A DNA stretch of 45,652 nucleotides from Candidatus Hydrogenedentota bacterium. Its GTDB lineage: Bacteria > Hydrogenedentota > Hydrogenedentia > Hydrogenedentales > JAEUWI01. A program made the translations under genes and the position numbers. The notes beneath the pieces are model-generated. The model was not told the origin of the DNA and made no database searches. It saw only the letters and a list, made by a program, of their open reading frames with translations. Below, one piece after another: positions 1-8,106 of the stretch. Position 1 is the stretch's first letter. Every line of letters starts with the position of its first letter. The stretch is taken from NCBI GenBank assembly GCA_034669905.1, contig JAXMOL010000059.1, positions 1-45,652 of the forward strand, in the 5' to 3' direction.

Positions 1-30
1 AAAGAAAAAAACTGAAAAACACAACCCTGG

Positions 31-68
31 TACAGTTCCTCCCTCCTCCGGAGGAGGGAGGAACTGTA
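31..68. repeat. Perfect 38-bp palindrome (no loop) in A-rich flanks
   Basis: tacagttcctccctcctcc|ggaggagggaggaactgta is its own reverse complement; the core resembles the ccctcctcggagggg hairpin at 6467-6481. Confidence 0.9.
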
Positions 69-122
69 TAAACAAGAGAGACCAGAAACATCAGCCAATT
101 GCAGAACTTGCGTTACACGACT

Positions 123-235
123 TCGGCCCCGGTGTCTTCGGAGAGGGGATTGAGCCAGCCAGGTGGGGCGGCACGTCGGGTGAGCCAGTAGAGGCTGGGT
201 TTCTGGTGCTTGCCGCCATCGTTGCCCCCTCCATG
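123..235 (-). pseudogene. Decayed fragment of the VWA gene 3' end (copy of about 5243-5370)
   Basis: Nucleotide similarity to 5243-5370; the minus strand reads GGKHQKPSLYWL...WLNPLSEDTGA vs GGSHQKPSLYWL...WLNPLSKDTWA in the intact gene; contains an internal deletion. Confidence 0.85.
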
Positions 236-269
236 AAAAGCGCCCCCAACACGGCAGGTGTTGGGGGCG
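235..269 (-). terminator. Intrinsic terminator of PEP-CTERM gene 1
   Basis: 12-bp perfect stem cgcccccaacac/gtgttgggggcg followed by CTTTTC on the minus strand, 26 nt after the stop codon. Confidence 0.75.
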
Positions 270-295
270 GGAACGTCAATGTCTGAAAGGGTTGC

Positions 296-967
296 TCAGG
301 CCAGTTGCTTCCGGCGGCGGAAGGCCAGACCCGCGATTCCCATTCCGAGGAGACTCAAGGTCGCCGGTTCGGGAACAGGCTGTTGCTGGTTGTCATTGGT
401 CAGGTTAAAGGCCAACTCGTAGCCGGCACCGGAACCATCCAATATCCACGAGTCGCTCGGGTTGGTGCGAAAGAAAAGGTCTTCGCTATTACCGACACCG
501 CTTGTCGCCCAGAACCAATTGTCGGTCGACAGGGCGGTGTCGTTGACGATGCTGAGGTAGTAGGTTGTGTTGGCAGACAGAACGACCGGTGCGATGTCGA
601 CGGAGTATTCGTAGATGTCGAAGCCCCCCAGATCGGAACCCGAGTCGACCCGTGTTGCGGCACCGACCGCGATATCCAAGAACGCAGTATCTGCGGGGTT
701 AGTGCCAACTTGCTCGTAAATAGAGATGGTGAAGTCGTCTGCCGGAAGCGCGTTGGTAAAGGCGTAGCCCCCCCACCAATGGATGTCTGTAATCGTATTG
801 CTACCCGCGTCCAGCGTAAAGTTCTCTACGAGAAACTGGGGGTATCCCGGATCAGAGAAGAGGCCCGATGTGAAGTCGGGTGCGCCATTGTCAAAGATTA
901 CGTCTGCCTGGGTGGTGCCCGCGAACGCAATGGCGATTCCGAGTATGAGGCCGAGAATTCTGTTCAT
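296..967 (-). CDS. PEP-CTERM sorting domain-containing secreted/surface protein (paralog 1)
   Basis: Signal peptide MNRILGLILGIAIAFAGTTQA; C-terminal VPEPATLSLLGMGIAGLAFRRRK; AAGGAG RBS before the ATG at 967. Confidence 0.95.
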   Translation of the reverse strand: MNRILGLILGIAIAFAGTTQADVIFDNGAPDFTSGLFSDPGYPQFLVENFTLDAGSNTITDIHWWGGYAFTNALPADDFTISIYEQVGTNPADTAFLDIAVGAATRVDSGSDLGGFDIYEYSVDIAPVVLSANTTYYLSIVNDTALSTDNWFWATSGVGNSEDLFFRTNPSDSWILDGSGAGYELAFNLTNDNQQQPVPEPATLSLLGMGIAGLAFRRRKQLA

Positions 968-1021
968 TGTGAGCTCCTTCATTTGGTGGGATGTTTAGGG
1001 GTAGTAGGACTGGGTGTATAG

Positions 1022-1037
1022 AGCCAGTACCATGCCC
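1022..1037 (-). promoter_or_regulatory. Probable sigma54 -24/-12 promoter of PEP-CTERM gene 1
   Basis: GGGCATGGTACTGGCT = GG-N10-GC; same spacing to the upstream AT-rich motif as at the paralog promoter. Confidence 0.6.
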
Positions 1038-1054
1038 AAGAAGGAGTTCTGAGG

Positions 1055-1080
1055 TTAAGTATCTTATACACAACGGTTTA
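1055..1080. promoter_or_regulatory. IHF-like AT-rich motif upstream of the sigma54 promoter
   Basis: ttaagtatcttatacacaacggttta partly matches WATCAANNNNTTR; lies 17 nt from the -24 box, exactly as at 4942-4967. Confidence 0.5.
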
Positions 1081-1089
1081 GGAGAGGTT

Positions 1090-1118
1090 TGTCCTGTATT
1101 TCCATGGACTGCACGACA
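1090..1118. promoter_or_regulatory. Imperfect palindrome, candidate enhancer-binding-protein site
   Basis: TGTCCTGTATT-TCCATGGA-CTGCACGACA, upstream of the sigma54 and IHF-like motifs. Confidence 0.35.
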
Positions 1119-1251
1119 ATTCAAGGGGAATTAATAGGTCATCGATGAGTAACATCTTGCGACATAGGGGCGGTTAAAATAATAAGTGGTCATTTTATAT
1201 GAAATGTTATGCAAATTTGACCTGTTCTGATCTTGCTGGGATGCTTGCCAG

Positions 1252-2316
1252 CTAGGGCCGGACGGGCGTCTGGGGCGCCGGCAACAGGGGGGATAGCGCG
1301 TTCCCCAGCCCGTGACACACTTTTTGAAAGCCGGTCTCTGAAAAGTGGACCACGTCGGTGAAGTCGCTTTCACCCAGCTCCCACTGAGCGGCCTGGGTCG
1401 CCCAGATCATCTCCGCTTGGGGTACGCGAGACTGCAGGTCCGCTTGCAGCATGACAAAGCCATGCTCAGGGGCCTGTAAGTGCTGGCGGAAATCTTCGCG
1501 AACCGGAAGCCAGGTCAATACCAGGCGGGTGTCCTCGGGAAGCAGCGCCTGCAGGTCCTTAAGGGCAGCGGCTTGTATCGGTGACGGTCGGTCTCCCGGG
1601 GCATAACAGCGCATCATGTAGGCTTTCGTGCGTTCTGCGCTGCGCCCGACGCGGGCGCCATGGACCACGGCATTGGGCCGGGGCGTGGTGAGGTAGGCTT
1701 CATAGGCGGCTTCCGGCGTGCCTGCGAGACGGGAAAACCGATCCCACCATCCGATAATGCGTCGTCGCTCGCTCACCCAGGGGTATACCGTATCGGACCA
1801 CACGAGGAGTTGGTCCCCGGCTTTCTCGACCCGCGTGCGTTCCTCGACGGTGGCCAGCGCGAGAAACAGGGGGTTGGTTTCCGCGAAGAGCGGGCCCTGA
1901 TAGTATTGGAAGGGGAGTACGTCCATGACCAGTAGATCCAGGTTTTGGAGGGCATCGGGGTTGCGCCGAAGCAACGCGAGGACGCGCCAAAAGGTATTGC
2001 CTGCGCGGGAGTAGTTGGCGATCGCCTTCTCGGGTACCCCCAGTTCCGTGGCAAGGCAATCCATGGGCAGGCCACTCAATCGGGAGGTTCCCGCAATGAT
2101 CACGTTGGGGGACGGATTGGCTGCGAGGCGGTGATGGGCTTCAATCCCGACATATTGGTCTTGCGAACCGAGCTCGGTCACGGTCAAGAAGGCATCGGGC
2201 TGGGTCAGCAGGCCGAGCCGTGCGACCACCAGAATTGCGAGGGCTCCCCATACCGGGGCCGTGAGCCGGGGACGTACCTCGAGCGTATCAAAACTGAAAA
2301 TAGATGAACGTATCAC
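1252..2316 (-). CDS. SGNH-like (AlgJ/DltD-type) periplasmic partner of the MBOAT O-acyltransferase
   Basis: N-terminal TM segment, IIAGTSR (block-I-like Ser) and C-terminal FTDVVH (DxxH); probable GTG start overlaps the MBOAT FIYFQF end, a typical arrangement; start uncertain. Confidence 0.7.
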   Translation of the reverse strand: MIRSSIFSFDTLEVRPRLTAPVWGALAILVVARLGLLTQPDAFLTVTELGSQDQYVGIEAHHRLAANPSPNVIIAGTSRLSGLPMDCLATELGVPEKAIANYSRAGNTFWRVLALLRRNPDALQNLDLLVMDVLPFQYYQGPLFAETNPLFLALATVEERTRVEKAGDQLLVWSDTVYPWVSERRRIIGWWDRFSRLAGTPEAAYEAYLTTPRPNAVVHGARVGRSAERTKAYMMRCYAPGDRPSPIQAAALKDLQALLPEDTRLVLTWLPVREDFRQHLQAPEHGFVMLQADLQSRVPQAEMIWATQAAQWELGESDFTDVVHFSETGFQKVCHGLGNALSPLLPAPQTPVRP

Positions 2317-3733
2317 TGGAAGGTTCCCTCGCAAAGGACAGAAGGAGCAGGGCGATGGCGTACAGCATCGTCCGCACCCACACCGGGGTTGTATGAGCCA
2401 CCGGCAGTTCGTTGCCGTTCCGCCAACAGATGGCGTCGAGCAGGACGACCAGCCCACCTGTCAGCAACAGGGTTTGCGGCAGGCCCCGCAGGGCCGGACC
2501 GATGGAAAAATCCAGGGAGAAGAGGAGTCCCACAATGGCGAAAAGATAGTCCTGCGCGTCGTATATTGATTCCGCGCGGAAGAATATCCACGTCAGGCAG
2601 ACCAGATGGAAAGTGGCAATGGCCTTGCCAATAAAGAGGACCCAGGCCCCCGGACCGTCGGGTACACCTTCTATCCCGATTTTTTTGCCTTGCGTCCAAA
2701 TCTTGTGGAGGGCGAGAAAGCCCCCATGGAGTGCGCCCCAAATGACGAAGGTCCACGCGGCACCATGCCAGAGTCCGCCGAGCAGCATGGTCAGCAGCAG
2801 GTTGACATACTGCCTCCCCCGTCCATTTCGATTGCCACCCAGCGGTATATACAGGTAGTCACGGAGCCAGGAGGAGAGAGAGATATGCCAGCGGCGCCAG
2901 AATTCCGTGATGTTGCGGGACCAATAGGGTTGGCGGAAGTTCTCCATCAATTCGATCCCCATCAGACGGCTTACGCCCCGGGCGATATCGGTGTAGCCGG
3001 AGAAGTCGCTGTAGATCTGAAAGGCAAAGGCATAGACGCCCAGCAACAACGCGCCCGAGCTGAAACTTTCCGGGTGGGCAAAGCAGCGCTCCACATAGGG
3101 AGCCAGGCCGTCTGCCACGACCACTTTTTTTACGAAGCCCCAGAGAATAAGTTGGGCGCCGGACTGGAGCGCTTCGGCGGATACGCGGCGTGGCCGCTGT
3201 ATCTGGGGGAGGAGTCGGGATGCCCGCTCGATGGGGCCGGCGACGAGTTGCGGAAAATAGGCCACATACAAGGCGAAGGCGGTAAAGTCGGACGTGGCGC
3301 GTTGCTTCTTCCGGTACACGTCAATCGTGTAGGCCAGGGTTTGAAAGGTGTAGAAGGAGATGCCGACCGGCAGGATCACCTGCAGCAAGGGTGCGTTGGG
3401 TTCCAGGCCCACCTGTGACAGCACCGCGATGGCCGAATCGACAAAGAAATCGTAGTACTTGAAGAAAAAGAGGATGCCCAAATTGACGAACAGGCTTGTC
3501 AGCAAAAGAGCGCGACGGGTCCGCTCTTTGTCTGCAGATTCCAGACGTCGCGCGACGAAAAAGTCGGTCACCGTGGAGAGGGCGAGGAGGGCGAGAAAGC
3601 GCCAATCCCAATAGCCGTAAAACACGTAACTTGCTACGACCAGAAAACGATTCTGCCACCGGTGAGACAGGCTGTAGTACAGGGGCAATACAATTGAAAA
3701 AAAGACCACAAATGCAAGCGAGTTAAACAGCAT
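2288..3733 (-). CDS. MBOAT family O-acyltransferase (AlgI/DltB-like)
   Basis: MLFNS start, PVGISFYTFQ, FPQLVAGPI, FWRRWHISLSSWLRDYLYIPLGG, GLWHGA catalytic His, FIYFQF end. Confidence 0.96.
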   Translation of the reverse strand: MLFNSLAFVVFFSIVLPLYYSLSHRWQNRFLVVASYVFYGYWDWRFLALLALSTVTDFFVARRLESADKERTRRALLLTSLFVNLGILFFFKYYDFFVDSAIAVLSQVGLEPNAPLLQVILPVGISFYTFQTLAYTIDVYRKKQRATSDFTAFALYVAYFPQLVAGPIERASRLLPQIQRPRRVSAEALQSGAQLILWGFVKKVVVADGLAPYVERCFAHPESFSSGALLLGVYAFAFQIYSDFSGYTDIARGVSRLMGIELMENFRQPYWSRNITEFWRRWHISLSSWLRDYLYIPLGGNRNGRGRQYVNLLLTMLLGGLWHGAAWTFVIWGALHGGFLALHKIWTQGKKIGIEGVPDGPGAWVLFIGKAIATFHLVCLTWIFFRAESIYDAQDYLFAIVGLLFSLDFSIGPALRGLPQTLLLTGGLVVLLDAICWRNGNELPVAHTTPVWVRTMLYAIALLLLSFAREPSSDTFIYFQF

Positions 3734-4013
3734 GCAGGCATACTCGGCAGCCACTCCCGATGGTCCGCTGTCGGACTTTCAGGAACCGCATGGTAGGTTA
3801 CAGCCAGACTCCATGAGTGCAAAGGTGGGGTGCAGTTACCCTCCTGAGCTCCAGAACTCACATACTAACATGTTGGCGTGGTCCTGTAAATCCGATTGCC
3901 CACCTGCCACGGTGTGTAACATCCATTTCAAACGCAGGGTTCCATACGTGGAGTCGCGAACAGGGGGAAGCGGGTCCAGTTCTGCTCTTCCAGGGGCAAG
4001 TCCATGCGGGGGG

Positions 4014-4085
4014 AAGCCGGTAGTAGTGGGGGAAGTGACCGCCAGGTGGGCGAGACAGAAGAGGCTGGATTTCTGGTGGCCCCGC
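4014..4085 (-). pseudogene. Second, more decayed fragment of the VWA gene 3' end
   Basis: gtgggggaag...gagacagaagaggctggatttctggtggc aligns with 5284-5340; reads GHQKSSLFCL vs SHQKPSLYWL. Confidence 0.7.
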
Positions 4086-4131
4086 TGCGCCTGCGGCTTG
4101 TTGGAAATCGACATTCCCAGGTGCGGAAACG

Positions 4132-4168
4132 AAAAACAGCCCCCGACTCGTTCTCGAATCGAAGGCTG
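4132..4168 (-). terminator. Intrinsic terminator of PEP-CTERM gene 2
   Basis: Imperfect stem cagcc..cga.tcg/cga.tcg..ggctg followed by TTTTTCGTTT on the minus strand. Confidence 0.6.
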
Positions 4169-4190
4169 CTTGATAGATGTGTGGCGCGTG

Positions 4191-4859
4191 TTACGCGTTG
4201 CGCTTCCGACGACGTGTCCGAAGTGCCAGGCCGGCAAGTCCCATGCCCAGCAAGCTCATCGTAGCAGGTTCTGGCACGGGTTGATTGAGGTTGTCATTGG
4301 TCAGAGAAAAGGCGAATTCATTGCCCAACCCATTCCACGTGCCAGGCGAACCTAAATCCTCGAATGAAGATCCGCCGCCGGATACGCTAGCGGCCCATAC
4401 CCAATCGGACAGGAATAAGGGGGTGTCGTTCCCGATCCCGAGGAAGTACGTCGTGTTCGCGCTAAGGGTGATGGGGGCAATATCTATCTCGTAGGAGTAG
4501 ATATCAATCGCACCGCCCAACTTGTATCCGGACGTCGAACGATTCACCGCCGCCCCTACATTGAATTCGTAGAGTGCACTTCCGTCGGGTGTGCCCCCGG
4601 TGCTCTCGAAGATGGAGACCGTGAAATTGTCGTCGGGCAGGACACTACCGCCAGCATAGAGGCCGAACCAGTGGATATCGGTAATGACATTGCTTCCGGG
4701 AGCAAGAATGAAGTCATCGACCACGAGATTTGGAAACCCGGTATCGGAGAAGTTGCCGCTGGACTCGTTGGGAGTGCCGTTGTCGTAGATGATATCGGCT
4801 TGGGCGAATCCTGTAGCCAGCACGAGCGTTGCTGCGGCCAGCAGTCGATTGATCTTCAT
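4191..4859 (-). CDS. PEP-CTERM sorting domain-containing protein (paralog 2)
   Basis: Signal peptide MKINRLLAAATLVLATGFAQA; VPEPATMSLLGMGLAGLALRTRRRK; collinear similarity to 296-967 (DNG.P, ITDIHW.G, LSANTTY, LTNDN); AGGGAG RBS. Confidence 0.95.
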   Translation of the reverse strand: MKINRLLAAATLVLATGFAQADIIYDNGTPNESSGNFSDTGFPNLVVDDFILAPGSNVITDIHWFGLYAGGSVLPDDNFTVSIFESTGGTPDGSALYEFNVGAAVNRSTSGYKLGGAIDIYSYEIDIAPITLSANTTYFLGIGNDTPLFLSDWVWAASVSGGGSSFEDLGSPGTWNGLGNEFAFSLTNDNLNQPVPEPATMSLLGMGLAGLALRTRRRKRNA

Positions 4860-4909
4860 GATTAATGACTCCCTTGTTTGGTTGGGGATGATATTTTCCA
4901 GCAGGAGCC

Positions 4910-4924
4910 GCAAGATGCGTTCCA
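4910..4924 (-). promoter_or_regulatory. sigma54 -24/-12 promoter of PEP-CTERM gene 2
   Basis: TGGAACGCATCTTGC, one mismatch to TGGCACG-N4-TTGC. Confidence 0.8.
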
Positions 4925-4941
4925 CGTTGAGTCGCTTGGGA

Positions 4942-4967
4942 TTAAATACCTGTCTCATAACAGGTTG
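4942..4967. promoter_or_regulatory. IHF-like AT-rich motif
   Basis: ttaaatacctgtctcataacaggttg; same length and offset as 1055-1080. Confidence 0.5.
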
Positions 4968-5136
4968 TATGTAAGTTGTGGTGAGTCCAACCATGAAGAT
5001 CGAGGGCTGAGTCGAAACGCACTTACTCAATTATGGCCAATTCTTGTCGGTGTTTTATCCGTGTCATCATCGTGCGAACGGTGCGGCTGGTGAAACGGAG
5101 CGTGCCGTTATCAACTATCGACTGTCAACTGCTTCG

Positions 5137-6360
5137 TCACTTCTCGCTCAGGAAGTCCACCATACCCTTGATGCCGCCCAGGGTCATGTCTTCCATGTGG
5201 AAGATGTCGCGAATCTGATTGAGGGTGTAGTAGCCGTAGGTATCGGCCCAGGTGTCTTTGGAGAGGGGGTTGAGCCAGCAGGTGTGGGGGAAGCGGTCGG
5301 CGAAGCGGTTGAGCCAGTAGAGACTGGGCTTCTGGTGGCTGCCGCCGTAGTTGCTGATGGCGCCACCGTGGGTGAGGAGCTCTTCGGGGGCCATGGAGGC
5401 ATCTCCGAGAATCACGACGCGGGTGTCATTGCGGCGTTGGAGGAGTTGCTCGGTGGGGTAGGCGCGGAGGCGACGGTAATCGGTCCACACGTTTTCATAA
5501 ATGGTGTTGTGGAAATAGTAGATCTGAAGATCTTCGAATCGCTCGTGGAGCTTGGTGAAGAGGAGCCGGGTGATTTCCACGAAAGGCGTCATGGAATAGC
5601 CGCCATTATCGATAAGAAGGAGGACGCTGATTTTGTCGCGAAGATCGTGCTCGAAGCAGAGGTCGATTTCCCCGCCGTTCCGCGCGGTGTTGCGGATGGT
5701 GTCGTCCAGGTTCAGCAGGTCGCGGGGCCCCTCGTTTTTCATGTGCTTCATGGTTTCGAGGGCCTGGCGCAGGTTTTCGGCGCGCAGTTGCTGTTTGTCC
5801 GAATACTCCACATAGCGTCGGTCACCGATGACTTTCAGGGCGCTTCTATTCTTGGACGCACCATGGACCCGGATGCCGTTTTCCGAGTTGCCACTGTGCC
5901 CGAAGGGGGAGTTGCCGCGCTGGCCGATCCACTTGCTGCCACCGCTATGGGCCTCCATCTGCTCTTTGACCGTCTCCCAGAACTTCTGCATGAGTTCTTC
6001 GGGGTCGTAGTGCCAGATGGCCTTTTTGGGAATTTTCCCGTCGGCGATTTGCTGCTGTAGCCACTCGCGGAATTGCTTGGTGTTGAAGAGGGCAAAGTCT
6101 CCCTCCGCCACGGCGGGGATGTCGATATCGTAAAAGTAGAAACAGAAGGCCCGCTCGAAGGCGTCCATGTGGTCCACTTTCCGCACAAAGACCAACCGGG
6201 AAAAGACGAAGAGGTCGTCCAGGCTTTCGACGATGCCTTTCTCGAGGCCATCGTTCAATTCCAGCAGGTCCTTGGGGCTGACGGGTACGCCATATTCCCG
6301 GAGGAGATAGACGAAGTCCATAAAGAGGACGTTGCTGAATTCGGGGGAGACCTTAAGCAT
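5137..6360 (-). CDS. VWA domain-containing (CoxE-like) protein, partner of the MoxR ATPase
   Basis: GGSKWIGQRGNSPFGHSG, LLIDNGGYSM MIDAS-like motif, YYFHN, GDASMAP, WLNP; downstream of the MoxR gene. Confidence 0.88.
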   Translation of the reverse strand: MLKVSPEFSNVLFMDFVYLLREYGVPVSPKDLLELNDGLEKGIVESLDDLFVFSRLVFVRKVDHMDAFERAFCFYFYDIDIPAVAEGDFALFNTKQFREWLQQQIADGKIPKKAIWHYDPEELMQKFWETVKEQMEAHSGGSKWIGQRGNSPFGHSGNSENGIRVHGASKNRSALKVIGDRRYVEYSDKQQLRAENLRQALETMKHMKNEGPRDLLNLDDTIRNTARNGGEIDLCFEHDLRDKISVLLLIDNGGYSMTPFVEITRLLFTKLHERFEDLQIYYFHNTIYENVWTDYRRLRAYPTEQLLQRRNDTRVVILGDASMAPEELLTHGGAISNYGGSHQKPSLYWLNRFADRFPHTCWLNPLSKDTWADTYGYYTLNQIRDIFHMEDMTLGGIKGMVDFLSEK

Positions 6361-6463
6361 GGTGGACCTTCATCTGATCGCGGCGGTTGGCGTTGAGCGT
6401 GCTCATCGACTGCCCCGATGGCGGGTGTGCCAGCGACTTCGGGTGTAAGGTGCGCACGGCATA

Positions 6464-6564
6464 CTCCCCTCCTCGGAGGGGTCGGGGGTGGGTCGCGTCT
6501 TCGAGGTGTCGCTTACCCACCCCGAACTCCGCCACGGCGCATCGTTGACTCTCCCAGGAGGGAA
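6464..6564. repeat. Inverted-repeat element, family C (REP-like)
   Basis: ctcccctcctcggaggggtcgggggtgggt ... acccacccc ... ctcccaggagggaa; second copy at 17259-17338. Confidence 0.75.
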
Positions 6565-6669
6565 ATTTCGTGGTGGCTGGTGGGCAACGTGTATCGGTAG
6601 TGGACTTCAAGTTCTGCGTTCTCGTTGTGTCGGGCAGGAATGCCCAACCCCCTGTTGGTATTCTCTGCA

Positions 6670-7506
6670 TCAGTAGCGGTTGCCGCCGGAAGACTTCCCC
6701 CCCCGATAGCGGAGGATATCCCCGGCTCGCTTGAGCAGGGCTCCCGTAAGGGGCGGCATCTCGGGGGTGGGAATCTGATTGGTCGCTTCCAATGCGCCAA
6801 TCCAGTCCAGCAGTTCGCTCGTCGCCGGGGGCTTCTCAAATCCCCGCTCGCGGAGTTCATAAAAGATGTTCAGTGCCGCTTCCAGCAATTTGGGACTCGT
6901 CTCCGGGTAGTGGAGGTTGACGATCTCCCGCATGTCCTCCCGCGAGGGGAAGGCAATGTGGTGGCAATAGCACCGGCGCAAGAAGGGGTCGGAGAGTTCC
7001 CGCTTGGCGTTGGACGTAATGAAAATCGCGGGGCGGATGTCCGCCTTGATGGTGTCGTTCACTTCGCGGATGGTGAACTGGCAGTCTTCCAGGATATCCA
7101 GCAGGTTGTCCTGCACGTCCGATTCCGTTTTATCCACCTCATCGAGGAGGAGAACCACCTTCTTATTGGCACGGAAGGCCCGCCCGATGGGGCCCCAGAT
7201 AACGTAATCGTAAAAGTTCTCCACATTCCGACCCGACTCACCAGGACCAAAGCGCGCGTCGTTGAGCCGGAGGACCGTGTCCTGTGTGTAGCAGGCTTCC
7301 TCGCCCTTGATGGTCGATTTACAGCGGAGGAGTTCCACTTCCATGCCCATGGCCTTGGCCACTTCCATGGCGAGCTGGGTCTTACCCGTGCCCGCTTCCC
7401 CGGTGAGGAGGAGGGGTTTTTCCATGGTCAGGGCAATGTTGACGATAGATTTGAGCTCCGGGTCGAGATAATACTGGTCCGTGCCGTCGAAGTGCTGCAT
7501 GGTCAT
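6670..7506 (-). CDS. MoxR family AAA+ ATPase (CoxD-like)
   Basis: Walker A GEAGTGKT, Walker B LLLDEVDK, ITSNAKRELSDPFLRRC, KPPATSELLDW. Confidence 0.93.
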   Translation of the reverse strand: MTMQHFDGTDQYYLDPELKSIVNIALTMEKPLLLTGEAGTGKTQLAMEVAKAMGMEVELLRCKSTIKGEEACYTQDTVLRLNDARFGPGESGRNVENFYDYVIWGPIGRAFRANKKVVLLLDEVDKTESDVQDNLLDILEDCQFTIREVNDTIKADIRPAIFITSNAKRELSDPFLRRCYCHHIAFPSREDMREIVNLHYPETSPKLLEAALNIFYELRERGFEKPPATSELLDWIGALEATNQIPTPEMPPLTGALLKRAGDILRYRGGKSSGGNRY

Positions 7507-7591
7507 GATGGGGATTGGGTACTCCTGAATGTGGGGACTCGGCCTATACCCTATAGTGTAAGTGACGGCGCGGGGCGCTTCAACTGGGAAC

Positions 7592-7934
7592 GTACTGGCA
7601 ATACGTCACGACCACGGGACGGTATCGCAGCGATGGAGCCGTCACCTGGAGGGGTAGGCTTTGATGGAAAAAACGTTTACTTGGATTGGCGTAGATGGCT
7701 TGGGCTGCGTTCCTGTCCCGGTGGAATAGCGAGGGAGCCTGGGTGGCCGCTTTGTGGTATGCCTTGGGTAATGTGGCTTAGTTTGGGCTGGCTTCCTTGC
7801 CCCGCCGGGACAGGAACGCGCGTTGTCGTGTCTTTGCCCGCTGTGCCATCGCGTTTGTCGCACGGGGGGGATCAGAATTGTTCGGCAAATTTTGCGCGCG
7901 ATACCGTCCCTTGGTCGCGACATACTGCCGGTAC
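7592..7934. repeat. 343-bp element with 37-bp terminal inverted repeats (MITE/REPIN-like)
   Basis: 7592-7628 matches the reverse complement of 7898-7934 at 32/37 positions. Confidence 0.8.
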
Positions 7935-8106
7935 AGTCCCTTTCCCGCCTGGGGCGGGAGAGATGACACTCCCAAAATGCAGGGTGTCAAAGGGTTTGAC
8001 ACCTGGACACCGGGTCGACTACAACAAGCAGGCCCGTCGGCCATACCTTTCTGTATGAACACGAAGCGTCCACAAGTCCTACCCATAGACAAGGCCCGCT
8101 CCCCCA

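Noticed and set aside
91..279. 62-aa ORF as a real gene
   Set aside because: It is an off-frame reading of the VWA remnant plus the terminator; it mirrors the shadow ORF 5184-5402.
123..5370. DGR template/variable repeat pair (VWA 3' end vs its remnants; likewise the MBL remnant)
   Set aside because: Mismatches are not adenine-specific (e.g. C/T), the copies contain indels, and no reverse transcriptase is present in the window.
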